Shown one piece after another: positions 30,302 to 39,851 of a stretch of DNA of 64,000 nt. Position 1 is the stretch's first letter; every line of letters starts with the position of its first letter. Under the pieces are notes generated by a model. The model had not been told where the DNA came from, ran no database searches, and was given only the letters and a program-made list of their open reading frames with translations. Location: NCBI GenBank assembly GCA_963808235.1, contig CAWEEQ010000004.1:1120001-1184000 (forward strand), given 5' to 3'. This DNA is from an uncultured delta proteobacterium (GTDB lineage Bacteria; Desulfobacterota; Binatia; Binatales; Binataceae). Position numbers and translations under genes: made by a program.

Positions 30302-30502
30302 TCAGCTGCCGCTCTTTTTGGGGACTTTGCCGCCTGCCTTGCGAGCTTCCGAAAGTCCGATCGCGATCGCCTGTTTTCGGCTCTTGACCGTTTTTCCGGA
30401 TTTGCCCGACTTCAATTGTCCCCGCTTCATTTCATGCATCGAGCGTTCGACCTTCTCGGAGGCTTTCTTTCCGTATTTTCTTCCAGTCGATTTCCGTGGC
30501 AT
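30302..30502 (-). CDS. Small basic protein (DUF6496-like)
   Basis: KVERSMHEMKRGQLKSG..VKSRKQAIAIGLSEARKAG. Confidence 0.8.
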   Translation of the reverse strand: MPRKSTGRKYGKKASEKVERSMHEMKRGQLKSGKSGKTVKSRKQAIAIGLSEARKAGGKVPKKSGS

Positions 30503-30739
30503 GGACATTTACCTCGATTGAAATATCGACAGCGCGCAAAACTCGTGACGCGCTGCCGTGTCGTTAATCAGCAACCTGCGTGCCGCTCGGAGAATGCAAC
30601 GGTCTCTTCATGACCAGATCGAAAAAATTGAAAACTCTGAAAGATTTTCCAAGATCTTCAGAGACTGCGCACGCGGCGTCGCTGAAAAAGGGGTTTTCCC
30701 GATTCGCCTGGTGGGATAGACCATGCGCACGGTTGTTCG

Positions 30740-31981
30740 ATGGCGCCACCGATCAATAGTTGGTTTCCACGCTCCGCGACGGCGGACGGCAAGTTGCTGC
30801 TCGTGACGCGCGCACTCAGGGGGCTCGCCGACGGAGCAGTCAGCGTTCTGTTGCCAGGCTACCTGACCGCGATCGGATTCAGTCCGCTCCGAGTCGGCGC
30901 GATCGTTTTTGGAACCTTGCTCGGTTCCGCCGGATTGACGCTATGGGTCGGACTTGCGACCGACCGGCTCGGACGCCGACGCGTTCTGCTCGCGGCATGC
31001 GCGTTGATGTTGCTCACCGGACTCGGATTCTCCGCCATGACGAGCTTCTGGCCGCTGTTTGCGGTCGCGATAGTCGGCACGCTCAATCCGTCGGCCGGCG
31101 ACGTCAGCCTGTTCCTGCCGGTCGAGCAAGCGGCGTTGGCGCAGGCCGCGGCAGTAGGCGAGCTGACCTCGATGTTTGCGCTGTACAATGTTGCGGGCGC
31201 GATGGCGGGCGCACTGGGAGCGCTCGCGAGCGGAGTGCCCGCGGTACTCGCGGCGCGTCATGGATGGGCGCTCGCGTCGGCACTGCGCTCGGGCTTCGTT
31301 GCGTACTCGATCATCGCGGTGATCGCATTCATGGTGTATCGCAGACTCTCGCCGGCGGTCGAAGCGATGCACGGGCCCGGAAAATCCGCACCGCTCGCGA
31401 AGTCGCGCTCGATCGTGCTGCGACTGTCGGCGCTGTTCAGCATCGACGCCTTTGGCGGCGGCTTCGTGGTGCAATCCCTGCTCGCGCTGTGGCTGTTCCG
31501 GCGCTTCAACATGTCGATCCAGGTGGCGGGTTCGTTCTTTTTCGTTGCCGGCTTGTTCGGCTCGCTGTCACAACTAGTCTCGTCGGCGCTGGCCGCGCGC
31601 TTCGGGCGGATCAACACAATGGTCTTCACGCATCTCCCGGCGCAGGCGCTGATCATTCTGGCCGCACTGATGCCCAATGAGCACCTGGCGATCGCGTGCC
31701 TGCTCGGACGCTCGCTGCTTTCCTCGATGGACGTTCCCGCCCGCCAATCGTACGTGATGGCGATGGTGCCACCCGAGGAGCGTGCAGCGGCGGCGACAGT
31801 AACCAACGTCCCGCGCAGCCTCGCAACCGCGCTCGCGCCGCTGCCCTCAGGCGCAATGCTAGACCACTCGACCTTCGGCTGGCCCCTAATCTGCGCCGGC
31901 GCCCTCAAAACGCTCTACGACATCTTGCTGCTGATGCAGTTCCGCGCAGTAAAGCCGAGCGACGAACAGTCCGAATCCTAA
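30740..31981 (+). CDS. MFS transporter
   Basis: About 12 hydrophobic segments; DRLGRRR motif A; MDVPARQSYVM. Confidence 0.9.
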   Translation: MAPPINSWFPRSATADGKLLLVTRALRGLADGAVSVLLPGYLTAIGFSPLRVGAIVFGTLLGSAGLTLWVGLATDRLGRRRVLLAACALMLLTGLGFSAMTSFWPLFAVAIVGTLNPSAGDVSLFLPVEQAALAQAAAVGELTSMFALYNVAGAMAGALGALASGVPAVLAARHGWALASALRSGFVAYSIIAVIAFMVYRRLSPAVEAMHGPGKSAPLAKSRSIVLRLSALFSIDAFGGGFVVQSLLALWLFRRFNMSIQVAGSFFFVAGLFGSLSQLVSSALAARFGRINTMVFTHLPAQALIILAALMPNEHLAIACLLGRSLLSSMDVPARQSYVMAMVPPEERAAAATVTNVPRSLATALAPLPSGAMLDHSTFGWPLICAGALKTLYDILLLMQFRAVKPSDEQSES

Positions 31982-32058
31982 AAATCCTAATCACCTCTAC
32001 TTGTCCAAGGAGAGCGTTAGGGAGAAGTTCCACGCCAGGCGCCTCGGGATTCGCGCAA

Positions 32059-33696
32059 TCAGCTCTTACGCCGACTCCGATACCTTCGAATCAGCGCGTT
32101 CGTTGAGCTGTCGTGCGCTAGAGGGGGCTCGGCGGCGGATTCCAGCTCGGGAATGATCTTTTGCGCGAGCACCTTGCCTAGCTCTACGCCCCATTGATCG
32201 AACGAGTCGATATTCCAGACAGTTCCCTGCGTGAAGACGCTGTGTTCGTAGAGCGCGATCAGCTTGCCGAGCGTCTCGGGCGTCAGTTCGTCGGCTAGTA
32301 TCACCGTCGAGGGACGATTGCCCTCGAATACGCGATGCGGCACGAGCCAATCTGGAGTTCCCTCGGCTTTGACTTGCTCCGGCGTTTTGCCGAACGCGAG
32401 CGCCTCCGCCTGGGCGAAGATGTTGGAGAGCAGAAGATCATGATGCCGACCGAGACGATTCAGCGGCCGATTAAACCCGATGAAGTCGCACGGGATAATT
32501 TTCGTGCCCTGATGGATCAGTTGATAAAACGAATGCTGCCCGTTGGTGCCGGGCTCACCCCAATAAATCGGCCCGGTCTGATACTCGATCGGCGCGCCTT
32601 CGAGCGTAACGTGCTTGCCGTTCGATTCCATCGTGAGTTGTTGCAAATAGGCGGGGAAGCGTTTCAGGTATTGTTCGTAAGGCAGCACGGCAACGGTTTG
32701 CGCGCCGAAAAAGTCGTTGTACCAGACTCCGAGCAGACCCATCAGGACGGGCAGATTTCTATCGAAGGGCGCGGTGCGGAAGTGCTCGTCGATAGCGTGG
32801 AATCCGGCGAGCATCGCGCGGAAATTGTCGGCGCCCACCGCGATCATCGTGGACAGTCCAATCGCGGAGTCCATCGAGTAGCGGCCGCCGACCCAATCCC
32901 AGAAGCCGAACATGTTTTTCGTGTCGATGCCGAACTTCGTCACCTCGGCCGCATTTGTCGAGACCGCGACGAAATGTTTGGCCACCGACTTATTGTCGCG
33001 GAGCGCGGCCAGGCTCCAATCGCGCGCCGTGTGCGCGTTGGTCATGGTTTCCAAAGTGGTGAAGGTTTTCGACGAAACGATGAACAGGGTTTCCGCGGGA
33101 TCCAGGTCGCGCGTGGCCTCGGCGAAATCGGTCCCGTCGACATTGGACACGAAGCGCATCGTGAGCGAGCGATCGCTGAAGTGCCGAAGCGCTTCGTATG
33201 CCATCACCGGCCCAAGATCCGAGCCGCCAATTCCGATGTTGATCACGTTGCGGATTCGTTTGCCGGTGTGACCGGTCCAGGAGCCGTCGCGGATGCGCGC
33301 GGAAAACGCCGCCATCCGATCGAGCACCTCGTGAACCGCCGGCACTACGTTCTCGCCGTCGACGACGATTGAAGCGCCGCGCGGCGCGCGGAGCGCGACA
33401 TGCAACACCGCGCGCTTCTCGGTCACGTTTATCTTGTCACCGCGAAACATCGCGTCGATTCGCGCGCGCAAGCCAACGTCTTCAGCTAGCGCGAGCAGCA
33501 GCCGTAGCGTTTCATCGGTTACCCGATGCTTCGAATAGTCGAAATAAAGCCCGGCGGCATCGACCGTGAGACGCTCGCCGCGCTTCGGATCTTCAGAAAA
33601 CAGAGTTCTCAGGTGCCGGTTATGAATTTGATTGTAATGCGCCTGCAGCGCCTTCCACGCAGGGCGTTCGGTAAGGGCGGGTGTCGATGCGGGCAT
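32059..33696 (-). CDS. pgi: Glucose-6-phosphate isomerase
   Basis: [42 protein letters not shown]. Confidence 0.98.
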   Translation of the reverse strand: MPASTPALTERPAWKALQAHYNQIHNRHLRTLFSEDPKRGERLTVDAAGLYFDYSKHRVTDETLRLLLALAEDVGLRARIDAMFRGDKINVTEKRAVLHVALRAPRGASIVVDGENVVPAVHEVLDRMAAFSARIRDGSWTGHTGKRIRNVINIGIGGSDLGPVMAYEALRHFSDRSLTMRFVSNVDGTDFAEATRDLDPAETLFIVSSKTFTTLETMTNAHTARDWSLAALRDNKSVAKHFVAVSTNAAEVTKFGIDTKNMFGFWDWVGGRYSMDSAIGLSTMIAVGADNFRAMLAGFHAIDEHFRTAPFDRNLPVLMGLLGVWYNDFFGAQTVAVLPYEQYLKRFPAYLQQLTMESNGKHVTLEGAPIEYQTGPIYWGEPGTNGQHSFYQLIHQGTKIIPCDFIGFNRPLNRLGRHHDLLLSNIFAQAEALAFGKTPEQVKAEGTPDWLVPHRVFEGNRPSTVILADELTPETLGKLIALYEHSVFTQGTVWNIDSFDQWGVELGKVLAQKIIPELESAAEPPLAHDSSTNALIRRYRSRRKS

Positions 33697-33708
33697 GACG
33701 GCCTCCTT

Positions 33709-34584
33709 TTATAATTGCGGCGCCGACGGAATCCGGACGGCAAGGTGACCCTGAAGGTCACCAGCCTGCACCGGCGCGAGACCGCGCGGCGCAAGCATAC
33801 GGAACATGATTAGCGCGCCCGGCACCAGGTAGAAAAGAGAACCGGGCACCCACATGATCGCGCCGGCGACAATCTGATCGCCGAGCGGCGTGAAGCCTGC
33901 GACGCGCGGCATCGTCGCATAGATCGGATAAATCAGGCGATCGGAAAACATGAACATCGCGGCGAGGATCGTGTTCTGCCCGTCGCTAAGAAGCAGGTAC
34001 AGAATCATCGCCCAGCGCGGCCATCGCGGGACGCTCGGCCATGGTTGGATGACAGGGTACCAGTACATAAGCGCGGTCACGAAAAAACATCCGTGCTCGA
34101 CCACGTGCCATCGTTCAGATCGGATCGCGAGCTGAAAAAATGATGGCAGGTGCCAGACCCAAAACGCCACCGAGAAAGCGAACCAACACACGAGCGGATG
34201 AGTCAGCCGTGCGAAGACTCGGCGGACCACGCTCGAGCGCATCGCGGGCCCGAGTACTAACTTGGCGAGAGCCGGCGGCATCGCGCGAACAAAAACAATC
34301 GCGGGCGCGCCGGCCAGCAGCAGAGTCGGCGCGACGAGCATCAGGATCAGATGCTGCGTCATGTGAACTTGGAGAAGTCGATCGTCAAACTCTTCGAGCG
34401 GCGAAGCGACCGCGACCAACAACGTCGCGACTCCCGCGATGAAAGCAGTCAGCCGCCAATTCGGAAAACGACCTGGCATCTGATGATGCAGTCGGCGGAA
34501 ACCGCGAACGTAGATTGCGGCGGCGACGAGCAGCATCGAAGTCGTGCCGAGCGGGGGCGTCCATGATTCGAGTATTGGCGCCAT
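33709..34584 (-). CDS. ctaG: caa3-type cytochrome c oxidase assembly factor
   Basis: SPL..HMTQH, WHLP, EH, DQIVAGAIMWVPG. Confidence 0.85.
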   Translation of the reverse strand: MAPILESWTPPLGTTSMLLVAAAIYVRGFRRLHHQMPGRFPNWRLTAFIAGVATLLVAVASPLEEFDDRLLQVHMTQHLILMLVAPTLLLAGAPAIVFVRAMPPALAKLVLGPAMRSSVVRRVFARLTHPLVCWFAFSVAFWVWHLPSFFQLAIRSERWHVVEHGCFFVTALMYWYPVIQPWPSVPRWPRWAMILYLLLSDGQNTILAAMFMFSDRLIYPIYATMPRVAGFTPLGDQIVAGAIMWVPGSLFYLVPGALIMFRMLAPRGLAPVQAGDLQGHLAVRIPSAPQL

Positions 34585-36101
34585 CAGAAATTCGTGCCAA
34601 CCCTTGCCGAGTCGTGCGCGGGAGGTTCACCGCGCGGATGCATCGTCGCGAGGAACGCGACGATCGCGTTGACTTCCGCGGGGCTCAGGTTTTTGCCGTA
34701 GGCCGGCATGTTCCCGCCGCCCTGGATTATTTGCCGGACGATCTGGTCGTGCGTTAATCGCGTCGCGGTGTTGTCGAGCGCGGGGCCGCGCAGTCCGCCG
34801 GCGCCGCCGAGCGAATGACAGTTGCGGCATTGTTTGTTTTGGATCAGGAGCGCGCCTTGCAGTTCGAGCGGGGAGCGGCCTTTGAGGTCGTCGACCGGAG
34901 TGGGCGCGCTGCTCCATGCGTCCATCACCGGCGACCATGGTGAGAAAGTGCCGAGCCAGGTCAGGGTGCCGATTGCGGTCACGATCAGGATGACGAACAC
35001 GACCGAGATCGGACGCCTGCGCCAGCTTTTCTCGCCGGTGCCTGAAATGAAGGGTAGGGCGAAGAGCAATCCGATGACGACCGGCGGACCGGCCAGCATC
35101 AGAAATGTTTCCGTCCATGGAGGCAGGAGCGCGAACAGCGAGAATAGCCAGAGGAAGAAAAGGTCGGGGCGCGGAACGGTTTGAATGATCGTGGGATCAG
35201 GCTGCCCGTTGGGCCCGATTGGACCGGCTATCGCCGCGACCACGAGCAGGCTCGCGATTATCAGACCGGCGAAGACGAGGTCCTTTTGCGCCGCGTAGGG
35301 CATGAACGGCTCGCCGTCGGCGCGTACCAATTCCTGGTACTGGTGGAGATAGGTGTCGCGTCTGACAATTCGACCCGGCATCGGCCATTCGTTTATTCCG
35401 AGCCGCAGTACGAGGAAGAGATGCAGGCCGACGAACCCGATCAGCAATCCCGGAATCACGAAAACGTGGAGCGCGAAAAATCGCGAAAGGGTCTCGCCCG
35501 CGATGATCGGGCCGCCCAGCAGCAGGTGCACGATCTTGAAGCCGACAATCGGGAAGCGCCCGGCGATCGACGCGCCAATGCCGAGACCCCAGTATGCGTT
35601 CTGATCGAAGCGGAGAACCTGGCCGGTGAACGCCATTCCCAGCGTGCACAGCAGCAGCACGCATCCCGCGAGCCAGGTCAGCTCGCGCGGATATTTATAT
35701 GCGCCGAACAGAACCACCTGGATCAGATGCGCGAACATCAGCGCGACCATGAAGTTCGAGCCCCATCCGTGCAGCGCGCGCAGATACCATCCGAGCGGCT
35801 GCTGGTAATTGAGATAGATCAGGCTGTCCCATGCGCGATCCGCGGCGGGAGTGTAAACGGTCGCGAGACAGATGCCGGTGACCACCTGCAGAATGAAGAC
35901 GACCAGGGTGGCGCTGCCGAATACATACCACCAGCTCGCTGAGCTGCGCGGCACCGGATGCTCCGCGACTTCGGCCAGCGTCGAGCCGATCTGAACTCGC
36001 GCATCGATCCATCTGCCGATCGCTTTGAGAGTAGCCGCGCTAGCCTGACGGGAAAGCCGGTCCGCGCGGCGAAACCGCTCCATCATGCTTCGCACTGTCA
36101 T
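34584..36101 (-). CDS. Cytochrome b (unsplit) fused to a C-terminal monoheme cytochrome c
   Basis: RALHGWG..AHL, PRELTW, RFFALHVF..LHL, CRNCH..MPAY; ATGA overlap with the Rieske gene. Confidence 0.92.
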   Translation of the reverse strand: MTVRSMMERFRRADRLSRQASAATLKAIGRWIDARVQIGSTLAEVAEHPVPRSSASWWYVFGSATLVVFILQVVTGICLATVYTPAADRAWDSLIYLNYQQPLGWYLRALHGWGSNFMVALMFAHLIQVVLFGAYKYPRELTWLAGCVLLLCTLGMAFTGQVLRFDQNAYWGLGIGASIAGRFPIVGFKIVHLLLGGPIIAGETLSRFFALHVFVIPGLLIGFVGLHLFLVLRLGINEWPMPGRIVRRDTYLHQYQELVRADGEPFMPYAAQKDLVFAGLIIASLLVVAAIAGPIGPNGQPDPTIIQTVPRPDLFFLWLFSLFALLPPWTETFLMLAGPPVVIGLLFALPFISGTGEKSWRRRPISVVFVILIVTAIGTLTWLGTFSPWSPVMDAWSSAPTPVDDLKGRSPLELQGALLIQNKQCRNCHSLGGAGGLRGPALDNTATRLTHDQIVRQIIQGGGNMPAYGKNLSPAEVNAIVAFLATMHPRGEPPAHDSARVGTNF

Positions 36102-36607
36102 ACTTCGGGCTTGCCGAGGGTTGGCAATTCGCCGGCGCGAACCCACAGCCGGCCCTTCTCGACCTTGTATTTATATTGATAGAGCGAACGCGGCGGCGGC
36201 CCCGAGGCGTGCCTGCCATCGGCATAAAATACGCCGCCATGACATGGGCACATGAACAGTTCCGATTCCGCGAACCATCGCACTGGGCATCCGAGATGGG
36301 TGCAGTTGATCGCGAAGACCTGGAACGTATCGCCCGACATCCGGCGCACCCAACACGGAATTTTGGCGGTCTCGCCGTCCCATGCTTTCTTGAACGGGTT
36401 TACATACTCAGCCAGCCGCGTTTGATGTTCCGGATAGTCAGTGAGAGGTCCAAGCGGTATCCAATCCAGCCAGGTGAAGCGGCGCGCGGGAGACAGGACA
36501 TAGCCGAGGATCGGGATCGCGAAGATAGTCACAGCGATCGCGTTGATAACCAGTCCGAACCGAAACAGGAACGTGCGCCGCGATGTTTTTTCGGGTGACT
36601 GATCCAT
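36098..36607 (-). CDS. Rieske iron-sulfur subunit of the cytochrome bc complex
   Basis: Tat motif SRRTFL; CTHLGC; CPCHGG; GPPPRSL. Confidence 0.94.
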   Translation of the reverse strand: MDQSPEKTSRRTFLFRFGLVINAIAVTIFAIPILGYVLSPARRFTWLDWIPLGPLTDYPEHQTRLAEYVNPFKKAWDGETAKIPCWVRRMSGDTFQVFAINCTHLGCPVRWFAESELFMCPCHGGVFYADGRHASGPPPRSLYQYKYKVEKGRLWVRAGELPTLGKPEV

Positions 36608-36878
36608 AAGGGCCGCGATTCGGCTTGAGCTTGATGGCTAATTTACGACGAGTCCACGCAGAAACCCAACAGGTTTTCCAACCGTGCGTGGATTCAATCA
36701 GAAGAGACGCTCAGCTTCGCTCGGGGTTGCGGAAAGAGAAAAGAAAGAGCATCGCGTCGCGGAGGTCCTTCGACTTCGCTGAACTGGGATTGCGACCGGT
36801 GCCGTTGTTAAGTTATGGACCTTTCTCATTACGTGGGGAGGCGAAGAGTCGGTACAGACCGGCGCATGGATACCAGAT

Positions 36879-37442
36879 ATGACACACAGAATTTGTGCCC
36901 CGGCGTCTTTGCGATTCGTCACCATTCTCGTGTTTCTGATTTCCGTTGGCTCCGTGGTTGCCGCTCAGCCGAGTGGCCTTCGGCCCTTGCCGGCACCGGT
37001 GGTTTCGCAGGCGCCTGGAATACGTCTGTTCGGGAAGGGCCGCCACACGTGGTGGGGCATCCAGATGTACGACGCGACGTTATGGATAGTCGGCCCGCGA
37101 TGGTCTGCGGCGCAGCCGCATGCGCTCGATATCGAGCCGAACCGAGCGGTTTCCTCCGACATTTTGGTGAAGAACGCGATTACCGAGATGCGCGATCTCA
37201 AGGTTGGCGACGAGCGCAAACTTCGAGTATGGCAGGAGGAATTGAAGAAGGTTATTCCCAACGTTCAGCAAGGCGATCAGGTCGTCATCTTCTGCTCGGA
37301 CAGCAACCAGACCATTGCGTATTTGAACGGTTCGAGGACCGGCCAGGTTGACGACCCGTCATTCTGCCCGGCGGTCATGAGCGTGTGGCTTCATCCGCAA
37401 ACCAAGCATCAGTCGATGCGCAAATCGCTGCTCGGACAGTAA
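36879..37442 (+). CDS. Chalcone-isomerase-like exported protein
   Basis: Signal peptide; G.G..TWWGIQMYDATL, PNVQQGD, SVWLHPQT..MRKSLLG. Confidence 0.75.
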   Translation: MTHRICAPASLRFVTILVFLISVGSVVAAQPSGLRPLPAPVVSQAPGIRLFGKGRHTWWGIQMYDATLWIVGPRWSAAQPHALDIEPNRAVSSDILVKNAITEMRDLKVGDERKLRVWQEELKKVIPNVQQGDQVVIFCSDSNQTIAYLNGSRTGQVDDPSFCPAVMSVWLHPQTKHQSMRKSLLGQ

Positions 37443-37469
37443 TGGAAGGACGTCGCGTCCGGATACGTT

Positions 37470-38186
37470 CTAGTGACTCCGCGCTACGGGTCCGGGAGCT
37501 GGAGGACGCTTTGAGGCCAGCCATGCTACCAAGTCCGACACTTGAGCAGACTTCAGGGGTTGTCCGGAGGGGTATTGCTTCCAGCTGGGATGAGGCCAGT
37601 CGGGGCGGCCTGCGATTACGAGCGTGCGAAGATATTGGTCGCTGACGAGCGACAGGTAAGAGGCGTCGACGATCGATCCGGCGGCCGATCCGCCTTTGCC
37701 GTCGGCGCCGTGGCACGATTGGCAGTTGGCCGAATAGACCTGCGCGCCTCGATTCGGATCGCCTGAGTCCGTGCTCGCATATGATGGAGCGCCCTGCGCC
37801 GAGTTGGCGGGACCGGCCCACGTCTTGCGCATCGTGGCGATCAGAATGTCGATCTGTTTGTTGGTGAGAGAACCGCCGGCGCTCAGTGCAAACGGAGGCA
37901 TCGCGGTGCCGCGAACTCCGTCGGCGACTGCCCGACGTATCGAGGCGTCATCAGCGATCCCGAGATAATCGGGATTGTTGAGAGCGATCGCGGCGCCGAA
38001 CTTGCCGTCGGCGCCATGGCATCCGGCGCAGTTCTCACCGTAGAGCTGCGAGAAATCGGTAATCGCCGAGGGGCGCAGAGGAACGTCGGCTGGCTTGGGG
38101 CGTCCGGGGAGCGAGTCGCAACCGGTGAGCATGATTGTCGCAAGCAGCGCGATCGCCAGCCGCGATTTAATCGGGCGCGAGGTCAC
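37470..38186 (-). CDS. Diheme c-type cytochrome lipoprotein
   Basis: LTGC lipobox; CAGCH and CQSCH. Confidence 0.88.
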   Translation of the reverse strand: MTSRPIKSRLAIALLATIMLTGCDSLPGRPKPADVPLRPSAITDFSQLYGENCAGCHGADGKFGAAIALNNPDYLGIADDASIRRAVADGVRGTAMPPFALSAGGSLTNKQIDILIATMRKTWAGPANSAQGAPSYASTDSGDPNRGAQVYSANCQSCHGADGKGGSAAGSIVDASYLSLVSDQYLRTLVIAGRPDWPHPSWKQYPSGQPLKSAQVSDLVAWLASKRPPAPGPVARSH

Positions 38187-39034
38187 TAATGATCTCCGCG
38201 TTCTCTATCATCAGGTTTCGGGCCGAGACCGGGGGCTTCGATGCCGGTGCGAATTGCGAATGGGACATGCTGAAGCGTGTGGACTCGCTCAGTCAGGTTG
38301 ACGACGAAACCGGCGACGGCGCCGAACGCAATCTGACACAGGATGAACCATCGCCATTCGATGCGGGCGTCGAGGAGCGGATTTATCACGCTGAGCGAAG
38401 ACCAGAGCAGGCCGGTCCAGAGCAGCGGTGCGACAATCGCGGCCCAGAGCGCAGGGTAGCGCGGGAACATCGGAAGCATCACGCCGTAAAGCAGTCCGAC
38501 CAGTATCGATGCGATCGCGTGGATGACGAGGGCGGCAAAAAATGCCTCCGGAATAAACGATGAGAGCGTCGCGGTGTCGGCGTGGGCGAGATTCGCCATC
38601 GCAGTCGCGGCGAGGATATTGATCGTGTACCAGGGGCTTCCGTGAAGCGCGATGCCTTGCAGAATCGCAAGTATCGCCATCACGAGACCGCCCGCGATTC
38701 CGCCCTTGATACCGGCAGAGTAGGGGTAGATTTCGAGCGGGAGGACGGCACGATTACCCATCTGGCCTACGCGCAAGTAATCGACCTCGACTTTTGCGGG
38801 CACGATGACGTCCGGGGCAGGTTGAATCGCGACTGTCTCGCGATGTTCTAGAGGCAGCACTTCGCGGAACCATCCGACTGCGCCCGCCGCGGTGAGCACG
38901 ATACCGACAAAGCTGACCACGACGCTGGTGACGAGGCCCGCAAACGACAGCATTATGCCGAGCGCCATGATCATCGGCCACTCGGTCGAGGCGGGAACTT
39001 CGATTACTCTGTCGGTATTTTCCTCAATAGCCAT
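38186..39034 (-). CDS. Membrane protein of the oxidase cluster (N-terminus resembles subunit III/IV helices)
   Basis: PASTEWPMIMALG followed by about six TM segments; coupled to neighbouring genes. Confidence 0.7.
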   Translation of the reverse strand: MAIEENTDRVIEVPASTEWPMIMALGIMLSFAGLVTSVVVSFVGIVLTAAGAVGWFREVLPLEHRETVAIQPAPDVIVPAKVEVDYLRVGQMGNRAVLPLEIYPYSAGIKGGIAGGLVMAILAILQGIALHGSPWYTINILAATAMANLAHADTATLSSFIPEAFFAALVIHAIASILVGLLYGVMLPMFPRYPALWAAIVAPLLWTGLLWSSLSVINPLLDARIEWRWFILCQIAFGAVAGFVVNLTERVHTLQHVPFAIRTGIEAPGLGPKPDDRERGDH

Positions 39035-39043
39035 TGGTCCGGC

Positions 39044-39646
39044 TCAGCGGCCGATCACGTAGACAGTTATGAATACTACTACCCATACCGCATCGACGAA
39101 GTGCCAATACCATGAGAGAACATCGGTACGCTCGATGTGGCGACGATCCATGTAGCCCAGCGTAGTCAGAATCATTACGAGCAATATCAAAATGAGACCC
39201 ACCGTCACGTGGAGCGCGTGCAGGCCGACGAGTGAGTAATACGTCGTGCCGAAGAGATTGGTGCTGATGGTCAAGCCTTCGCGATAGATGAGGCGGCGCC
39301 ATTCGAGGGCGGTGCCGAGCATGAATTCGAGGCCGAGCGCGAACGTCACCAGCCACCAGATGCCGAAGGAGCGAATCGAGCCGCGTCGGAGCGCGCGAAC
39401 TGCCAGGACGATCGTGATGCTGCTCGAGAGCAGGCAGATGGTATTCACGATCGGCGGCGAGAGTACGTCTCTTGGATACGGACCGGTGAGGCTCTTGCCG
39501 ATGTAGAAGACGTAGGCGGCGACGAAGATCGAGAAGAATGCGGATTCGGTGAGGATCAGGGCGAGCACGCCGACTTTGCCCTTGTACGGCATCGTGAGTT
39601 TCCAATCCGATGGTGCGCCGCCAATTGTGGTCGGTGCTGCGGACAT
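39044..39646 (-). CDS. ctaE: Cytochrome c oxidase subunit III (short form)
   Basis: NTICLLSSS, GLHALHV, YWHFVDAVW. Confidence 0.92.
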   Translation of the reverse strand: MSAAPTTIGGAPSDWKLTMPYKGKVGVLALILTESAFFSIFVAAYVFYIGKSLTGPYPRDVLSPPIVNTICLLSSSITIVLAVRALRRGSIRSFGIWWLVTFALGLEFMLGTALEWRRLIYREGLTISTNLFGTTYYSLVGLHALHVTVGLILILLVMILTTLGYMDRRHIERTDVLSWYWHFVDAVWVVVFITVYVIGR

Positions 39647-39703
39647 CAAGAGGTGCTCCGTTGTGTTGGGGCGCATGCACATGGTGATGGATGCCGGGCT
39701 AAC

Positions 39704-39744
39704 CTAACCCCTAACCCCTTCCCTTGAGGGAAGGGGAACAATCG
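39704..39744 (-). repeat. Intergenic palindromic repeat, inverse copy of 9093-9133
   Basis: Reverse complement CGATTGTTCCCCTTCCC-TCAA-GGGAAGGGGTTAGGGGTTAG differs from 9093-9133 only in the loop. Confidence 0.8.
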
Positions 39745-39851
39745 TAACGATTGTGCATGCGTCGCAGAATCCTCACCTGCCGGCCGCATTGCGGCCAGCC
39801 GCCTCTCCTGCGAAATAACGGGCGAGGTAGGGTGACGGAAAGGAATCGGGT

